This document shows, one piece after another, positions 24,501-36,872 of a DNA stretch of 64,000 bases. The position numbers and the translations under genes were made by a program. The notes beneath the pieces are model-generated. The model saw nothing but the letters and a program-made list of their open reading frames with translations. It was not told where the DNA came from and did no database searches. The stretch is from NCBI GenBank assembly GCA_028534125.1, contig CM052818.1, positions 12,836,001 through 12,900,000 of the forward strand. Reading direction: 5' to 3'. The first letter of the stretch is position 1. Each line of letters starts with the position of its first letter. Origin of the DNA: Lama glama (Eukaryota).

Positions 24501-25831
24501 TTTCAGAAGCAAGATGGCAGAGTAGAAGGATGCCTGAAGCTCACCCTCTCCCACAAATACACCAAAACTCACATCTACGGACTTATTCAGCCAACCAGAG
24601 CACCTGTGGAACTCTGATAGAACATCACCCTCTTTGAAAGTCAAAGACGCCAAAAATCTGGTAGGCGAAAAGGAAAAAAGAAAGAAGAAAAAGCAAAACA
24701 GTGCAGGACCGATCCCGCAGGGAGGAAGTGGCAAAGGAGGGCTGGCACTTGTTTGCTGGGTCCCCCCCTCCAACGGAGAGGCCAGTGGGACAGAAGGAGA
24801 ACCTCTGAGGTTCAGATCTGCCCCAAGCACCCCCTGACCAACAGAATTGAGTTAAATGGGCACAGAGGGTCCCCACAACACCCAGCCCGAGACGCGAGCC
24901 AGCAGCTGGGGCCGGGACAGGCTGCCCAAGCCAGGTGGAGGACTGGGGCGGCTGCACTGAGGCAGTCCCAGGGGACTGCAGGGTGCTGCACCATGGCTGG
25001 GAAGGGATACGGAGTAGAACCACCTCAGTCCCCCATAAATTGTGAAAAAAGCAAAGCAACACGGCTGGTGTGACCTGGGGGGAGGGGCACCATAGCCTTT
25101 GTCTCCTCAGACCTGCGCTGCCATTACTGGCGCATCTCGCAAGAAGAGAGGCGGGGCGCAGCCACAGCCGCCATCTCCTCCTGTGCGCAGCGCCGGGGCA
25201 GGGGCCAAGATCTGAATCCACACCCGGGGGCTCCGCAACCTCCTGGGCAGGACTGAGACTTGTTTACAGCCCAAGGCAGATAGGATCTTTCTTCCCTGGC
25301 ACCTCAGAGAACTTGCGCCACCAAGACAAACAAGGAGCTGAGATTTGGCATGGAGCAGGGGCGGGGCTGTTCTGCAGTCTTCCCCAAGCCCGCCTTCGGG
25401 GTGCTGACCCGAGGCAGAGCGGGCAGCTGCACAGAGCAGTGGAGCAACCGGTACCAGGAGAGGGCGGGTGACCAACCGCCCTCCTGTGAGGAACACAGCA
25501 CCTGACCACTGTGCTGGGAGGGGCATGATCCACCCACCTGCCTCTCTGGAGCGCAGCATCTGACTGCGGCATTGGGAGGGGGAGTGACCCGCCCACCCAC
25601 CAGGTAATAACTCAGCTCCTGACCCAGTATTAGGAAGGGGCACAATCTGCTAGCGGACAGCCACTGGGAGCAGCACAGATGAGAGTGCCAATAGAGGGCC
25701 TCTGGAAACAGCAAGCTGAGTTCGCGAAACAGAGCAAAGACACAAATACCTCCCGATAAAATCACTAAGAGCACACCATCTCCAGGAGAACTAGATAACT
25801 GATACTCCTTAAGCCACAGTGCCAGACAGAT
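24501..25831 (+). promoter_or_regulatory. L1 5' UTR internal promoter (GC/CpG-rich, YY1-like motif caagatggc at 24510-24518)
   Basis: Only long GC-rich stretch in the window; YY1-type motif near the 5' end, as in mammalian L1 5' ends. Confidence 0.7.
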
Positions 25832-26715
25832 ATGAGCAATATGAAGAAGCAATCAAAAGATCAAGAGAAATCCCATGAAAGTACGATCAAGGAAATAGAC
25901 ATTGATGGCCTACTAGATCAAGATTTCAAAAAAAGACTGATTAAAGTACTGAAGGAACAAAAAGAAATAGTGTTTAGAGATATAAAATATGTCAATAATG
26001 AAATAGAAGCTATAAAGAAGAACCAAGTAGAATTAGTAAGCTCATTTGCTGAGATGAGAGCTGACCTAAAGGCTGTACGAAGCAGGCTAGATAACACAGA
26101 ACGAATAAGTGACCTAGAAGATAGGACAACAGAAAGCACCCAATCAGAACAGCTGAGAGATAAACAAATAAAAGACAATGAAAACAATATAAGGGACCTA
26201 TGGAATAATATAAAGCGTGCCAATCTACACATAATAGGGGTTCTAGAAAGGAAAGAAAGAACAAAGGGGATTGAAAAGGTATTTGAAGAAATCATGACTG
26301 AAAACTTCCCAAACTTACAGAAAGAATCAGATATCCAAGTACAGGAGGCTCAGAGGGTCCAAACAGGAAGAGCCCAAACAGGCCCACATCAAGACATACC
26401 ATCATCAAGATGGCCAGAGTCAAGGATAAAGAAATGATCTTGAAGGCAGCAAGAGAAAAACAAAGAGTGAGTTACAAGGGAACCCCCATAAGGCTCTCAG
26501 CTGATTTCTCTACACAAACACTACAGGCCAGAAGGGAGTGGCAAGATATATTCAAAGTCCTGAATGAAATAAAGATGCAGCCTAGGATACTCTATCCAGC
26601 AAGGCTATCTTTTAGAATAGAAGGAGAGATAAAGAACTTCACAGACAAGCAAAAACTAAGAGTTTAGCAACACTAAACCCATGCTAAAAGAAATATTCAC
26701 AGGTCTACTCCATAG
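25832..26715 (+). pseudogene. L1 ORF1p, disrupted by frameshifts near 26360 and 26660
   Basis: Coiled coil (SRLDNTERISDLEDR), RRM (NLHIIGV, EIMTENFPNL, IQVQEAQRV), CTD (YKGTPIRLSADFS, ARREWQDIFKVL, QPRILYPARLSF). Confidence 0.93.
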
Positions 26716-28489
26716 AAAAGAAGCAGGATGCTACAAAAATGAGAAAATTATAACTGGAAGGGAGATAACTGCCATGAATTACAAAAAGAATAAACACAAA
26801 ATTGTAAAAGAAGACATCTAAATCATTAAGAGTGGGAGAGGGAAGCAAGGAAAGCCACTGTGGAAAACAGCATAGAGATTCCTTAAAAGACTAGGAATAG
26901 ACTTAAGATATGACCCAGGTATCCTGTTCCTGGGCATATATCCAGAAGGAGTCCTACTTCAAAATGACACCTGCACCCCCATGTTCATAGCATCACTATT
27001 TACAATGGCCAAGACATGGAAACAGCCTGAATGCCCGTCAACAGATGACTGAATGAAGAAGATGTGGTATATTTATACGATGGAATACTATTCAGCCACA
27101 AAAACTGACAACATAACGCCATTTGCAGCAACATGGATGTTCCTGAAGAATGTCATTCAAAGTGAAGTAAGCCAGAAAGAGAAAGAAAAATACCATATGA
27201 GATCGCTTATATGAGGAATTTAAAAAACAAAACAAAACAAACCAAAACAAAACACCATAACTACAAAACAGAAACAGAGTCATAGACATAGAATACAAAC
27301 TTACAAACTTGTGGTTGCCAAGGGGGTGGGAGGTGGGAAGGGACAGACTGGGATTTTAAAATGCAGAATAAATAAACAAGATTATAACGTATAGCACAGG
27401 GGAAAATACACAAGATTTTGTGGTAGCTCATAGAGAAAAAAAATGTGACAATGAATATATACATGTTCATGTATGACTGAAAAATTGTGTTCTACACTAG
27501 AATTTGACACAACATTGTAAAATAACTATTAATCAATAAAAAATGTAAAAAAAAGAAAAGAAAAGAAAAGAAAGAAAGAATAGAGATAATGGCCCTTAGA
27601 TGCAGAAAGGTGAGAACAGAATATCAGAACCATGGATAGTTCCCTTGAGAGCCCTGTAACAAAGATGTTACTGAGGCATCCAATCTTCAAAAATCAAGAC
27701 CTAACTTGGTGGCTACTCCCCATTAGAGAATACTCTGGTCTGTAAAAATTCACCTTTATTATAGTCCAAATATTGTCACAGAAGTCTTTATAGTCCCTAC
27801 CTCATAGAGGAGATTCCTTTTATATAACCTAAACTGAGGTCTCCATGAATAAGTCCTAATGCTCACTGGGCTCACAAGATTGCCATGCAACCTCTGAGCC
27901 TTCCTGTCTTCAGGTAATTCAGAATCCCTTTCTCTACTGGACAGTGGACCAATATGTGATCAGTCACCAGCTCCCCAAAGTAACCCATAATAAGTAGTGT
28001 GATATAAATATAATACTTTGAAGTTAGCTAGAATGAAGAGATTCTCAAATAAAGTTATGTTTATAACTCTCCTTTGACTCCCCTGTAAGAATGTTAAGAT
28101 AAGTGCTTTTATAACTATTTTACACATGCCAAACAAGCATGCTGGAAAATTCAATGACTAGCCCAACTCACAACCCAGTAAAGATAGAGTTAAAATCCAA
28201 ACTCAGGCTTCTGTTCTTTTAAACCCACTATATTGTATAAATTCTCTTTTAATGAATGTGCAACATGGTAGATATTTAAATGTCTCAAAAATTATGTTTA
28301 TCATTAGTCTAACTGTGGAACTATAGTGTCTGTAGGTTTCTAAGATTTTTTTTCCTTCTCTTCAGGGTATCTTAAAATATTTTCTGCCCAGTGGCATCTA
28401 GTTTAGTTACTCTCTCAAACATCTATCAGCAGCCCCAACAGGACGTACATGGAGGGAAAAAAAACTATTTTAGGTTTATGCAGCAAAAA

Positions 28490-28930
28490 ATGGTCAGTGA
28501 CATACCACTGCTTTCCCCAAAATACTTATATGTTGTTCTTTTTTAGGTGGAATAATTACTTTGAAGTGCTTGCCTATCTAGGGACTGGATTTCCCAGTTT
28601 ATGTTCATCTTTGTGATGCTGATGACTACTTTTCTCAATGGAATCTAAGTAGATATGTGTGTATATCAATATCTATCCAAAGTAGTTAATAATTGGGCAG
28701 GCTTTTCCCCTGCTCTTTTTTCTATTCACTGGATAAAAGGACTCAAAGCCCCTCGAGGAAGACAGATCTGTGAAATCTAAGGGGCTTATTTTCCTTAATT
28801 ACATTATGTAAGGCCGTCTGACCAGGCATAATTGCATGTGATGGTAAACTGAGCAGAATATAAACTTTTACCATGTTGAGCAGCTGAGATTTGAGGAGAG
28901 CAGCGAGATCACCACATTTAATGCAGTTGT
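28490..28930 (+). mobile_element. Old ERVL solo LTR (LTR16-like)
   Basis: ggactggatttcccag...caatggaatctaagtaga...taaacttttaccatgttgagcagctgagatttg. Confidence 0.5.
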
Positions 28931-28943
28931 TTATTCTTTTAGT

Positions 28944-29197
28944 ACAGTGGTTCCCAACAAGGGGCAATCTGGGGGGATATTTTGCAAATATCTCAAGGGA
29001 TATTTGGTAATATCTAGAGATATTTTTGGCTGTCATAACTAGGGAAGAAGAGAGTTGTGTTACCTGAATGTAGTACATAAAAATCAAGAGTTGCCGCTAA
29101 ATAGCTTATAATGCTAAAGACAGCCCAGCCTCAACTCCCCCAGAAAAGAACTAATCCACCCCAAATGTCAACAGAGCCACTTTTGAGAAGCTCCATC
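28944..29197. mobile_element. MER20 MITE
   Basis: cagtggttcccaacaaggggcaat...tatttttggctgtcataact...ccccaaatgtcaacagagcc...ttgagaagc. Confidence 0.8.
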
Positions 29198-31112
29198 TTA
29201 GTATAAAGCAACAAATGACAGACAAGGAGTGTAGGAGGTTATACACGAGAGAAAGGTAAGAAAATCTCCGCAATGAGCATATTGATGTTTATAATTGGTT
29301 TAATCTTATCTGTGAAATGGGGGAGATGTTCAATCCTAAACCCAAGATCAGAAGTAGCATGCTGTCCTTAAGGATGTATGCTCCCTGTCCTCTTTTTGCC
29401 ACTGAATTTTACCAACTCAACCCCTATGTCCTCACCCTTTTATTTAACCACCAGTATCAGATTTGAGCCTAAGAGCAATGGTAGTCAGAAATGGGCAACT
29501 CACAAACAAGCCAGCCAATTCCAAAGCTGTTTTCATTGCTTGCCCACGCACTTCCCCTCTGGAGCCTAATCTGTCTGAGAAGCACAAAAAAGTCTTCTAT
29601 CTGTGTAGATACAAAAACAGTGTGAAAAACAGAACAAGGTTAGGTCATATTTTGCAAGTAGATTACTTTACCAAGCATTTCTTGTTCACTGCCATCAAGA
29701 ATGTTACTGTTTCAGCATTTGCGAGCATGGGAAATGCAGTCAAAAATCTGTAGGACTTCAAATGCAACTCTAAGGTCTGTTTTCCTAAACTTATGTGGCC
29801 CCTTTTACAACAGTTTTTATTAATAAAGTGATCATACTCATTGATTTTCTGTTTCCATCTATCTATATTTCTTTTGTTTAAAGTGTCATAATTAATAGAA
29901 AATTGCAAATGACAGATGGGCTTACAAACCTAAAGTAAATAGCTTTTTCATCATAAATGAGGATTACTTCTCTCTGATAGTATGAAGACTGCCCACACTC
30001 TCCTAGAGTTGTTTTGTGGCATTTTACATCAAACTCAGAATAAGAAATATTAGGTTCTTGACAGGAACTGAGAAATCGCTTAAATGCATGATAATGAAAG
30101 AATACAATAAAGACTTCAAGAGCTTTAATTCATTCCACATAAATGTTCTGGACAAAGAGTGCAGATATTTTCCAGGATGCATTATTTCAAAGTGCAGTCC
30201 TCAAAAAAAAATAAGAGCTAAATTAAGTAGTTTGGATAAATCATAAAGTAAATTGAACCAAAACAAGGAATGATTTTCTCCCTTTATTCTCACCCATAAA
30301 TAATACATTCAGATCAGAAATAAATTCAATAAGGAATAATTACATGCTAATGGTATATTTTCCACTGGATACAAAATTATTATTGTATACTTTCTGAACA
30401 TTTATAATAATGTAATAAGTGGTAACTGTTTTCTAGAGCACAGACACCCAAGTTCTTGTACTACTGAAGTACCCAGGATTTGATGCCACTTTTGGTGATT
30501 TTGGAGGCAAAAGCCTGAGGGATAAATCTGAAAGAAAGTTGATTGATGAGAAGCAAAATATGCCAATAAATGATGAAGCTCTGTAAGTGGGTGGACATTT
30601 CTTTTACTCTATGGGAGTTATGCAGTGACTGGCTTTGGACTAGCAAGTAGCCTGTGGCATAGAAGTGAGAGGTGAGGCCTACAAATCAGAATGATAACAA
30701 TTATACTAAGTGGTTGTGGAGGGTGGAGCAAAGGTATGTCAGAGAGAAATGTATGAATAAATTAATATGTGCCAGGAATCCAGCATTGACTTGAAGCTGC
30801 AAGAATCTAAAGAGTCAAATGAAATTTCTTTATTCTTATTTCTTTAACCTCAGTTACTGGAGAAAATGATGTCATTTCTCAGACTTGCTATTTCTAAATT
30901 TAAGTACTACACTGAGACCACTATAACAACAAAGTCTCTGTCAGAACCAAACTACACCAGGTCCAAACAAAGGAGTAATGTAGGCTCACTTTCTAAATAA
31001 AGCAATAAAAATCATCTCTTCAAAGTATACAGTGTCTTGAGTTTGACCAAGTAACCTCATGTTCTATTGCTTTATCAATGGCACTTGTCTGTTCTCTTTC
31101 TCATCATCAAAG

Positions 31113-31208
31113 GGACAGTATACCCTGACAATAGATAGGTAGGTAGGTGGGAGACAGACAGGACAGTATACCCTGACAATAGAGAGATAGGTAGGCGGGA
31201 AACAGACA
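31113..31208. repeat. 48-bp tandem duplication
   Basis: ggacagtataccctgacaataga...cagaca repeated at 31113 and 31161. Confidence 0.9.
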
Positions 31209-31399
31209 GCTAGACAGGTAGCTAAAATGTACCTGTAAATAAGATATTTTGGGGCATTCAATATATGTATATAATTACATAATAAATACATATAATTACA
31301 TAACAGGTGCTTAGACTGTATAAATCTTCAGCTCTTAAGACATTTCTCTGCATTCACACAAGCAATTAAACTATAACATGGTCGTAATGTCAAATTTCA

Positions 31400-31690
31400 A
31401 TTAACTCATTAATTCATTCCATAAAAAATGATGATTATATACTATGTCCCAGAGATCATTAATGATGTTGGGAATCCAAAAAAGCATAAAACATGGTTTC
31501 TCAAGGAGATTACGGTTTAATCAGCAACACAAACCATTATAAAATATATGATAAATACAATCCTAAATGTATGTGTTAGGAAATTTATAGTTTCTAACAC
31601 CATGGAGAAAATGATTAACTCTGCTTCACTGGATCAAACTTTATAGAACACACTGAACTAAGACTTTATGATCAGGAGTTTTACTACTCA
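31400..31690 (-). mobile_element. L2 fragment
   Basis: ctcattaattcattcc...actatgtcccag...acatggtttctcaaggag. Confidence 0.5.
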
Positions 31691-31708
31691 AATAAGAATA
31701 AAAATTAG

Positions 31709-31826
31709 AGGAGGTTATAGCTGAGTGGTAGAGTGTATGCCTAACATGCATGAGGTCCTGGGTTAAATCCCTAGTGCCTCCATTAAATAAATAAATAATG
31801 AAGCATAATCACCTCCCCTCCAAAAG
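31709..31826 (+). mobile_element. tRNA(Ala)-derived camelid-type SINE (Vic-1-like)
   Basis: A box tagctgagtgg, B-box-like ggttaaatcc, atgcatgaggtcctgg, (taaa)n linker; TSD gaataaaaat(t/c)ag at 31696-31708 and 31827-31839. Confidence 0.85.
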
Positions 31827-31879
31827 GAATAAAAATCAGTGCAGATATAAAAAGTAGATACATATGTCTGAGGCATAGG

Positions 31880-34200
31880 ATAGTATATTAGCTTACTTTT
31901 TCTAGAAACAGAGCTTAAGGCAAAAATGTATACGTTAATAATACTTTATTGGTGAGAGAAATTCCAGGAAAGCAGGAGGGTAGGAAATGGAGAATAAGAT
32001 ACTGAAGGATAGAGAATAAATAAGAAAGCAAGTATTATAGAACTGATCACTGTTCGAAATCTAGCACAACTGATTTTGTTTGATCTAGTAGGTCTATCTT
32101 CTGAGAGGGCATATTTACAACTGCATTTTAAGAGAGTCTGTCCAGATGGAGAAGTATTAAGAACATATTTACCAATCTCCCCCTTCATCTCAGTCAAAAG
32201 TTCAACTTCAGGGTTGTACACATATAGGTGTCAAGTATATTCTTTGGCATTTCACACCTCAGTGGAAACCAGGAAGCCCCAGGGGAGAGGCAAGAGAAAC
32301 AGAGTACAGGTGTGAGACAAGGAGATACCATGTGAAGTTAGTCATCACAGCACCCGGGGTAAAGTGAGTGACCACAGATTGGGGCAGACGAGGTCAAAAG
32401 CAGTTGAGGTAGTACTTAGAAAGGTGTCTGATACAGCCCACTCCTTGCATCACTCATATCCATTTGTACCCTCTCATTTTATCTGGTTCCCATACAGCAA
32501 AATGACTCTCCATTTTTATGAAGATAAGATGACCTCACTTCTCCAGAAGAGGAAGTACAAGTCACAGAAACACAATATCTGAAAAGATTCCAGGCAAGGA
32601 AGTTAGTAAAACAAGCTATGGTACTCACTGCTACAACTGGTCCACCATAGGCTTCTGTAACTGAAAACTGTGATGCTGTTTCAGATATTCTGTGTCAGTG
32701 TCAGCTCAGACCCCACATTGAGAAGTCTGGGTACTGCCCTTCCCAGGGCACCTGACAAAGGCCACAGATCTTTTGGGGAACAAAACAATGGATTGTTTAC
32801 TATACATATTTTTGGTGATGTTGAGGATTTAGGATCTCCTTCAATCAACGAAGCTTGAGTTTCTGAATTGTTTTAATCTGGAAATTGGGAGGACATGATT
32901 TTCCATTTTAATGGCTAATGTCACTTTCTTTATTACTACAAATTAAGAAATGCCATGGTCTGCTGTCAATCTATCTCACACCTCGGACTCCTAATCTCCT
33001 AACCTTTGTCAACAGATCCTATGCCCTGGGCATCCTGACTGCCATTCTGTCCATCAATGCCAATTATGGCAATTGCGTCCACCTCATATCTGATAATTCC
33101 ACTGCCTCCCCTCCCCACCACTGACCAGTGTATTCCCTATTAACTTAGAGGGGGAATTGTGTCCTTTAGGGAGCACTTCTGGAAAACCTATCAGATAATG
33201 GCTTTCCCTATCAGATCCTTCCCAGTAAGTCCATTTTGACTTTCTTACCTTTTTTATCTCTGGTATCTGCCTCAGCTCTATACCTAATTTATTTTAAATC
33301 CTCATGCCTAAGCTTCAAAGAGTCATCATGGCGAGTCACCAGGGCTACTTGCTTGTCAGGACATTTAAATCTGAGTCATGGATGAGAGCCACCATGTAAA
33401 TAAATTGTACTTTCCAGGCTAATACCCGGCTTCCCAGGTCTGACATCCTCCATAATTACTTCTACATCTGATCTGTATGTTCCTGCCACACCCTGCAATT
33501 CCTTTGATTGACAGGATACTTTCTTAAAGATCAGGGACCTTATCTCTCTCCTGAGCCTACACTGAGAAACTTGTCCCTGATAATTGCCCTAAAAGGACTG
33601 AGTGGAAGCAGATCTCAAGAACAAGTGTCATCTTATGAGGCACTTGTCTCGGCTGAAGTCAATACAGTGTCTCTGGGCAAGGGAAGGCCATGCTATTTCG
33701 GCAAAAGGGAAATGCTGCTTTTAATGCCTTTGAGTATTCAGGGGGATTTGGGAATTTAATATTCTCAGGCTTGTTCTTGCATATGCCTCCATCTGGTTTT
33801 GAGAATCCTACTTACAATCATAACTCTGAATTTAACACAGGAGACCTGTTGAGCCTGTGAATTCAGTTTTCCTTTGCAGTTTTGCTACCCTATAATCAGA
33901 TCCTGGGCCTGATTTTCATTATAAGAATTAGGAATGCCATAACTTGTACTTTAAAGCTTTTTTTCCAGTCACAGTAGGGTTATTATTATAATTTACTTTA
34001 TACTAGCCTAAGAATACTCCCACTAAATCTGCCTGGAACATGGCCATGGGTACCAGTAAACTCTGTAATTTCTCAAAAGTCAAGTTTGGCCCAGCTGAAT
34101 CTGGTTGTCCTTTCAAATTCTTCTAATAATATCAAAGTTATAGGTACAATTTTAAGCATGAATACAAAATTGCATTTCTGCCAGTTTTAGAGCCAAAAGC
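31880..34200 (-). mobile_element. ERVL-type proviral remnant: LTR (about 31880-32435) plus internal gag-like sequence (ERV3-16A3-like)
   Basis: LTR end tctagaaacagagcttaaggcaa...tttattgg; LTR/internal junction gatacagcccactccttgc; gag-like antisense DSxFNVL (atttaaatctgagtc). Confidence 0.6.
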
Positions 34201-34224
34201 CAATCTTCAGAAGTAAATTCTTCC

Positions 34225-34800
34225 CCTAACATTTGTGAGCTCAAGATGAAAGGACAAATAGGAGCCCACGTACCATATGTCTAAAGATCTTTTTAAAATC
34301 AAATTAGTAATCTGTTATGTAAAATACATTATATTCTCTTGCTTTGATAAATATACTTTCCAATATTCCACTAATCCATGTACATGTTTATAGTTCTTGA
34401 GCTCTTCATTCTGCTGGAATATGGTAGCATGGGGGTACCCAGCACTTACATTCTTGCTTGTTCCAATCTCTTCACATACATAGCTCTGTTCCACAGACTG
34501 AGGGCACTAGCATGCATGCATACAGAATTCTCAGTCTGCTCAGCCAATTCCATCCACAAAACCATTAATCACCTGCTCTTTGATCATCTTTGAGTCATTC
34601 ATGCCATCTACTGTAAGGGGGACATTCCCAGTGAAGAGGCCCATACAGGCCCTGAACTGGAGAAGGAAATTCTAGAGTTCCAGTTAACAGCAGAATCGCC
34701 AAGAAGAAGTAAAAGTCCTGTAGAAAGGAGCCTGGTTAGAGGAAGTCCAGAACAGCACCCTCTAGAGTGAAGCGCAGGGCAGAGAGCCTCTCTTGGCTGG
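34225..34800. mobile_element. MER115-like hAT-Tip100 element
   Basis: ggagcccacgtaccatatgtctaaa...tttgataaatatactttc resembles recalled consensus. Confidence 0.5.
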
Positions 34801-35602
34801 ATCTAAGAAAGGATACTTCATTTGAGAGTAGTAATCATTATTTATATAAATGTGTATCCATGGATGCCTAACAAGGTGATGTAGTACTCTACCGTCTACT
34901 TTTAAAAAGTATGACAATGAAGATAATAAGCCACAGATGGCCACAGGAACTTCAGAATATAGAAAGAGACAAAGACTGGGGATAGCCGACTTGGGCTCTA
35001 ACACAGGTGTTTACATTATTCTGATTCTTTCACTAAGTTAATTTGGGCTACTAAAAGCCTTCCTGTCCAAAAAAACAAAGTAAGTGGACTGAGAAATTTT
35101 TAAGGTCCTGTTTCTAATATTCCATAGCTTATTTCAACTCATCCCCACCATTAAAAAAAAAAGCAACTCAAAAGTAATACTGTATTTATGTTTATCTTTT
35201 TCTATAAAAAGTGATCATAATATGAAGCCCATGAAAATGAACCACAAAACTAATAACTACTTATTTTTATTGGCTTGGGGTAGATATGTTTCCTAAAGAA
35301 GTATCAGGTTTCACCTGAAATTACACACTGAAAGATCTTCAACAAATGTTCACCAGCTGGGAATGAACAAAAGAAAAGTAAACAGGTGTCACCTGTTAAA
35401 ATAAAACTATGAATTTTATCCTGGCCATAAACTAGGACATAAAATCTGTTAATAATTGAGAGGCCCCCAGTAGAATCAGTTCAGGGAATAGAAAGACTAG
35501 AAACTTCAAGATTATCAATCTGGTTAACGTGGACCACGGAAGTACTCTAGGACTTGTTATATGAATAAAATGGTTCTTCCATGCCCTAGTCTTGCCAATG
35601 GC

Positions 35603-36871
35603 CATTCCCATTGATCACAGCAGTGTACAAGGGATTCAATTTTTTCACATTCTCACCAACACTTGCCATCTTTTAAAAATAATAGCCATCCTAATAGTTG
35701 TGAGGTGATACTGTAGTTTTTATTTAATTTCCCTGATAATTAATGATATTGAACACCTTCATACACCTGTTGGCCATTTTTTGTTTTTGTTTTTTGTTTT
35801 TTTTTTTTTGGAGAAATGTGTAAGTTCTTTGCCTATTTTAAAATCAGGTTATTTGGGATTTTTCTGCTATTGAGTTTGAGGAATTCCTTATATATTTTAG
35901 AAATTAACTCATCAGACATATGGTTTGCAAATATTTTCTCCCACTCTGTAGGCTGCCTTTTAACTCTGTTGATTGTTTTCTGTTTGTGCAAATGCTTTTT
36001 AGTTTGACTTATTTCCACTTCTCTATTGTTGTTTTCCTTGCTTGTGCTTTTGGTGTCATATCTAAGGAAATCATAGCCAAGACCAATGTCAAGAAGTTTT
36101 TACCCTATGTTATCTTTCAGGAGTTTTACAGTTTCGGGTCTTATATTTATCTTTAATCCATTTTGAGTTAGCTTTTGTTAATGATCTAAGATATGGGTCC
36201 AATTTCTTTTTCTTCTTTTGTATATGAATATGCAGTATTTCCAACACCAATTGTCAAATTTTCCCATTGTGTGTTCTTGACACTCTTGACAAAGATCAAT
36301 TGACTGTATATTGGTGGATTTTTTTCTGCGTTCTCTATTTTATTTCATTGTTCTATATCCTAGAACCATGCAGTTTTAATTACTGTAACTTTATAATAAA
36401 TTTTGAAACCAGGAAGTGTGATGTCTCCAGATTTGTTCTTCTTTCTCAATCTCTCTTTGACTATTCTGTGTCTTTTGTGGTTCCATATGAATTTTAGTAT
36501 TTTCTTCTATATCTATTTTAAAAAATGCCAATGAGATTTTGATGGGGACAGCTTGAATCTATAGATGCTTTGGGTAGTCTGGACATTTCAACAATATTAA
36601 GTCTTAAATCCATAAATGCAGGATGTCTTTCTATTTATTTGTGTCTCCTTTTATTTCTTTCATTAATGTTTTATAGTTTTCAGTGTACAAGTCTTTCACT
36701 TCCTTGGTTAAGTTTATTCTGAAGTATTTTACTCTTTTTAGTGCTATTGTAAATGGGATTGTTTTCTTAGGAGTTAAGAAACGGATCACTGTTAATGGAC
36801 AGAAACACAACTGATTTTTGCATGTTGAGTTTACATCCTGCAGCTCTACTTAATTTGCGTATTAGTTCTAA
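35603..36871 (-). mobile_element. Inverted ORF2 segment of an L1MB-like element
   Basis: Minus ORF INRVKRQPTEWEKIFANHMSDELISKIYKE is L1 ORF2. Confidence 0.9.
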
Positions 36872-36872
36872 A

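Larger units (their letters stand above)
24501..27575 (+). mobile_element. TSD-flanked L1 derivative: 5' UTR, ORF1, ORF2 C-terminal tip, 3' UTR and A-rich tail; EN/RT region absent (half-L1-like)
   Basis: 18-bp TSD aagaatagagata(c/a)tggc at 24483-24500 and 27576-27593; ORF1 homology; jump to ccactgtggaaaacag at about 26855; aataaa at 27535 and (AAAAG)n tail. Confidence 0.92.

Noticed and set aside
24417..25852. Cluster of overlapping 100-200 aa ORFs on both strands, and a possible gene CpG island
   Set aside because: They lie in the GC-rich L1 5' UTR where stop codons are rare; no recognisable domains.
31709..31781. tRNA-Ala gene
   Set aside because: Degenerate stems and B box, SINE tail and TSD indicate a retroposed SINE.
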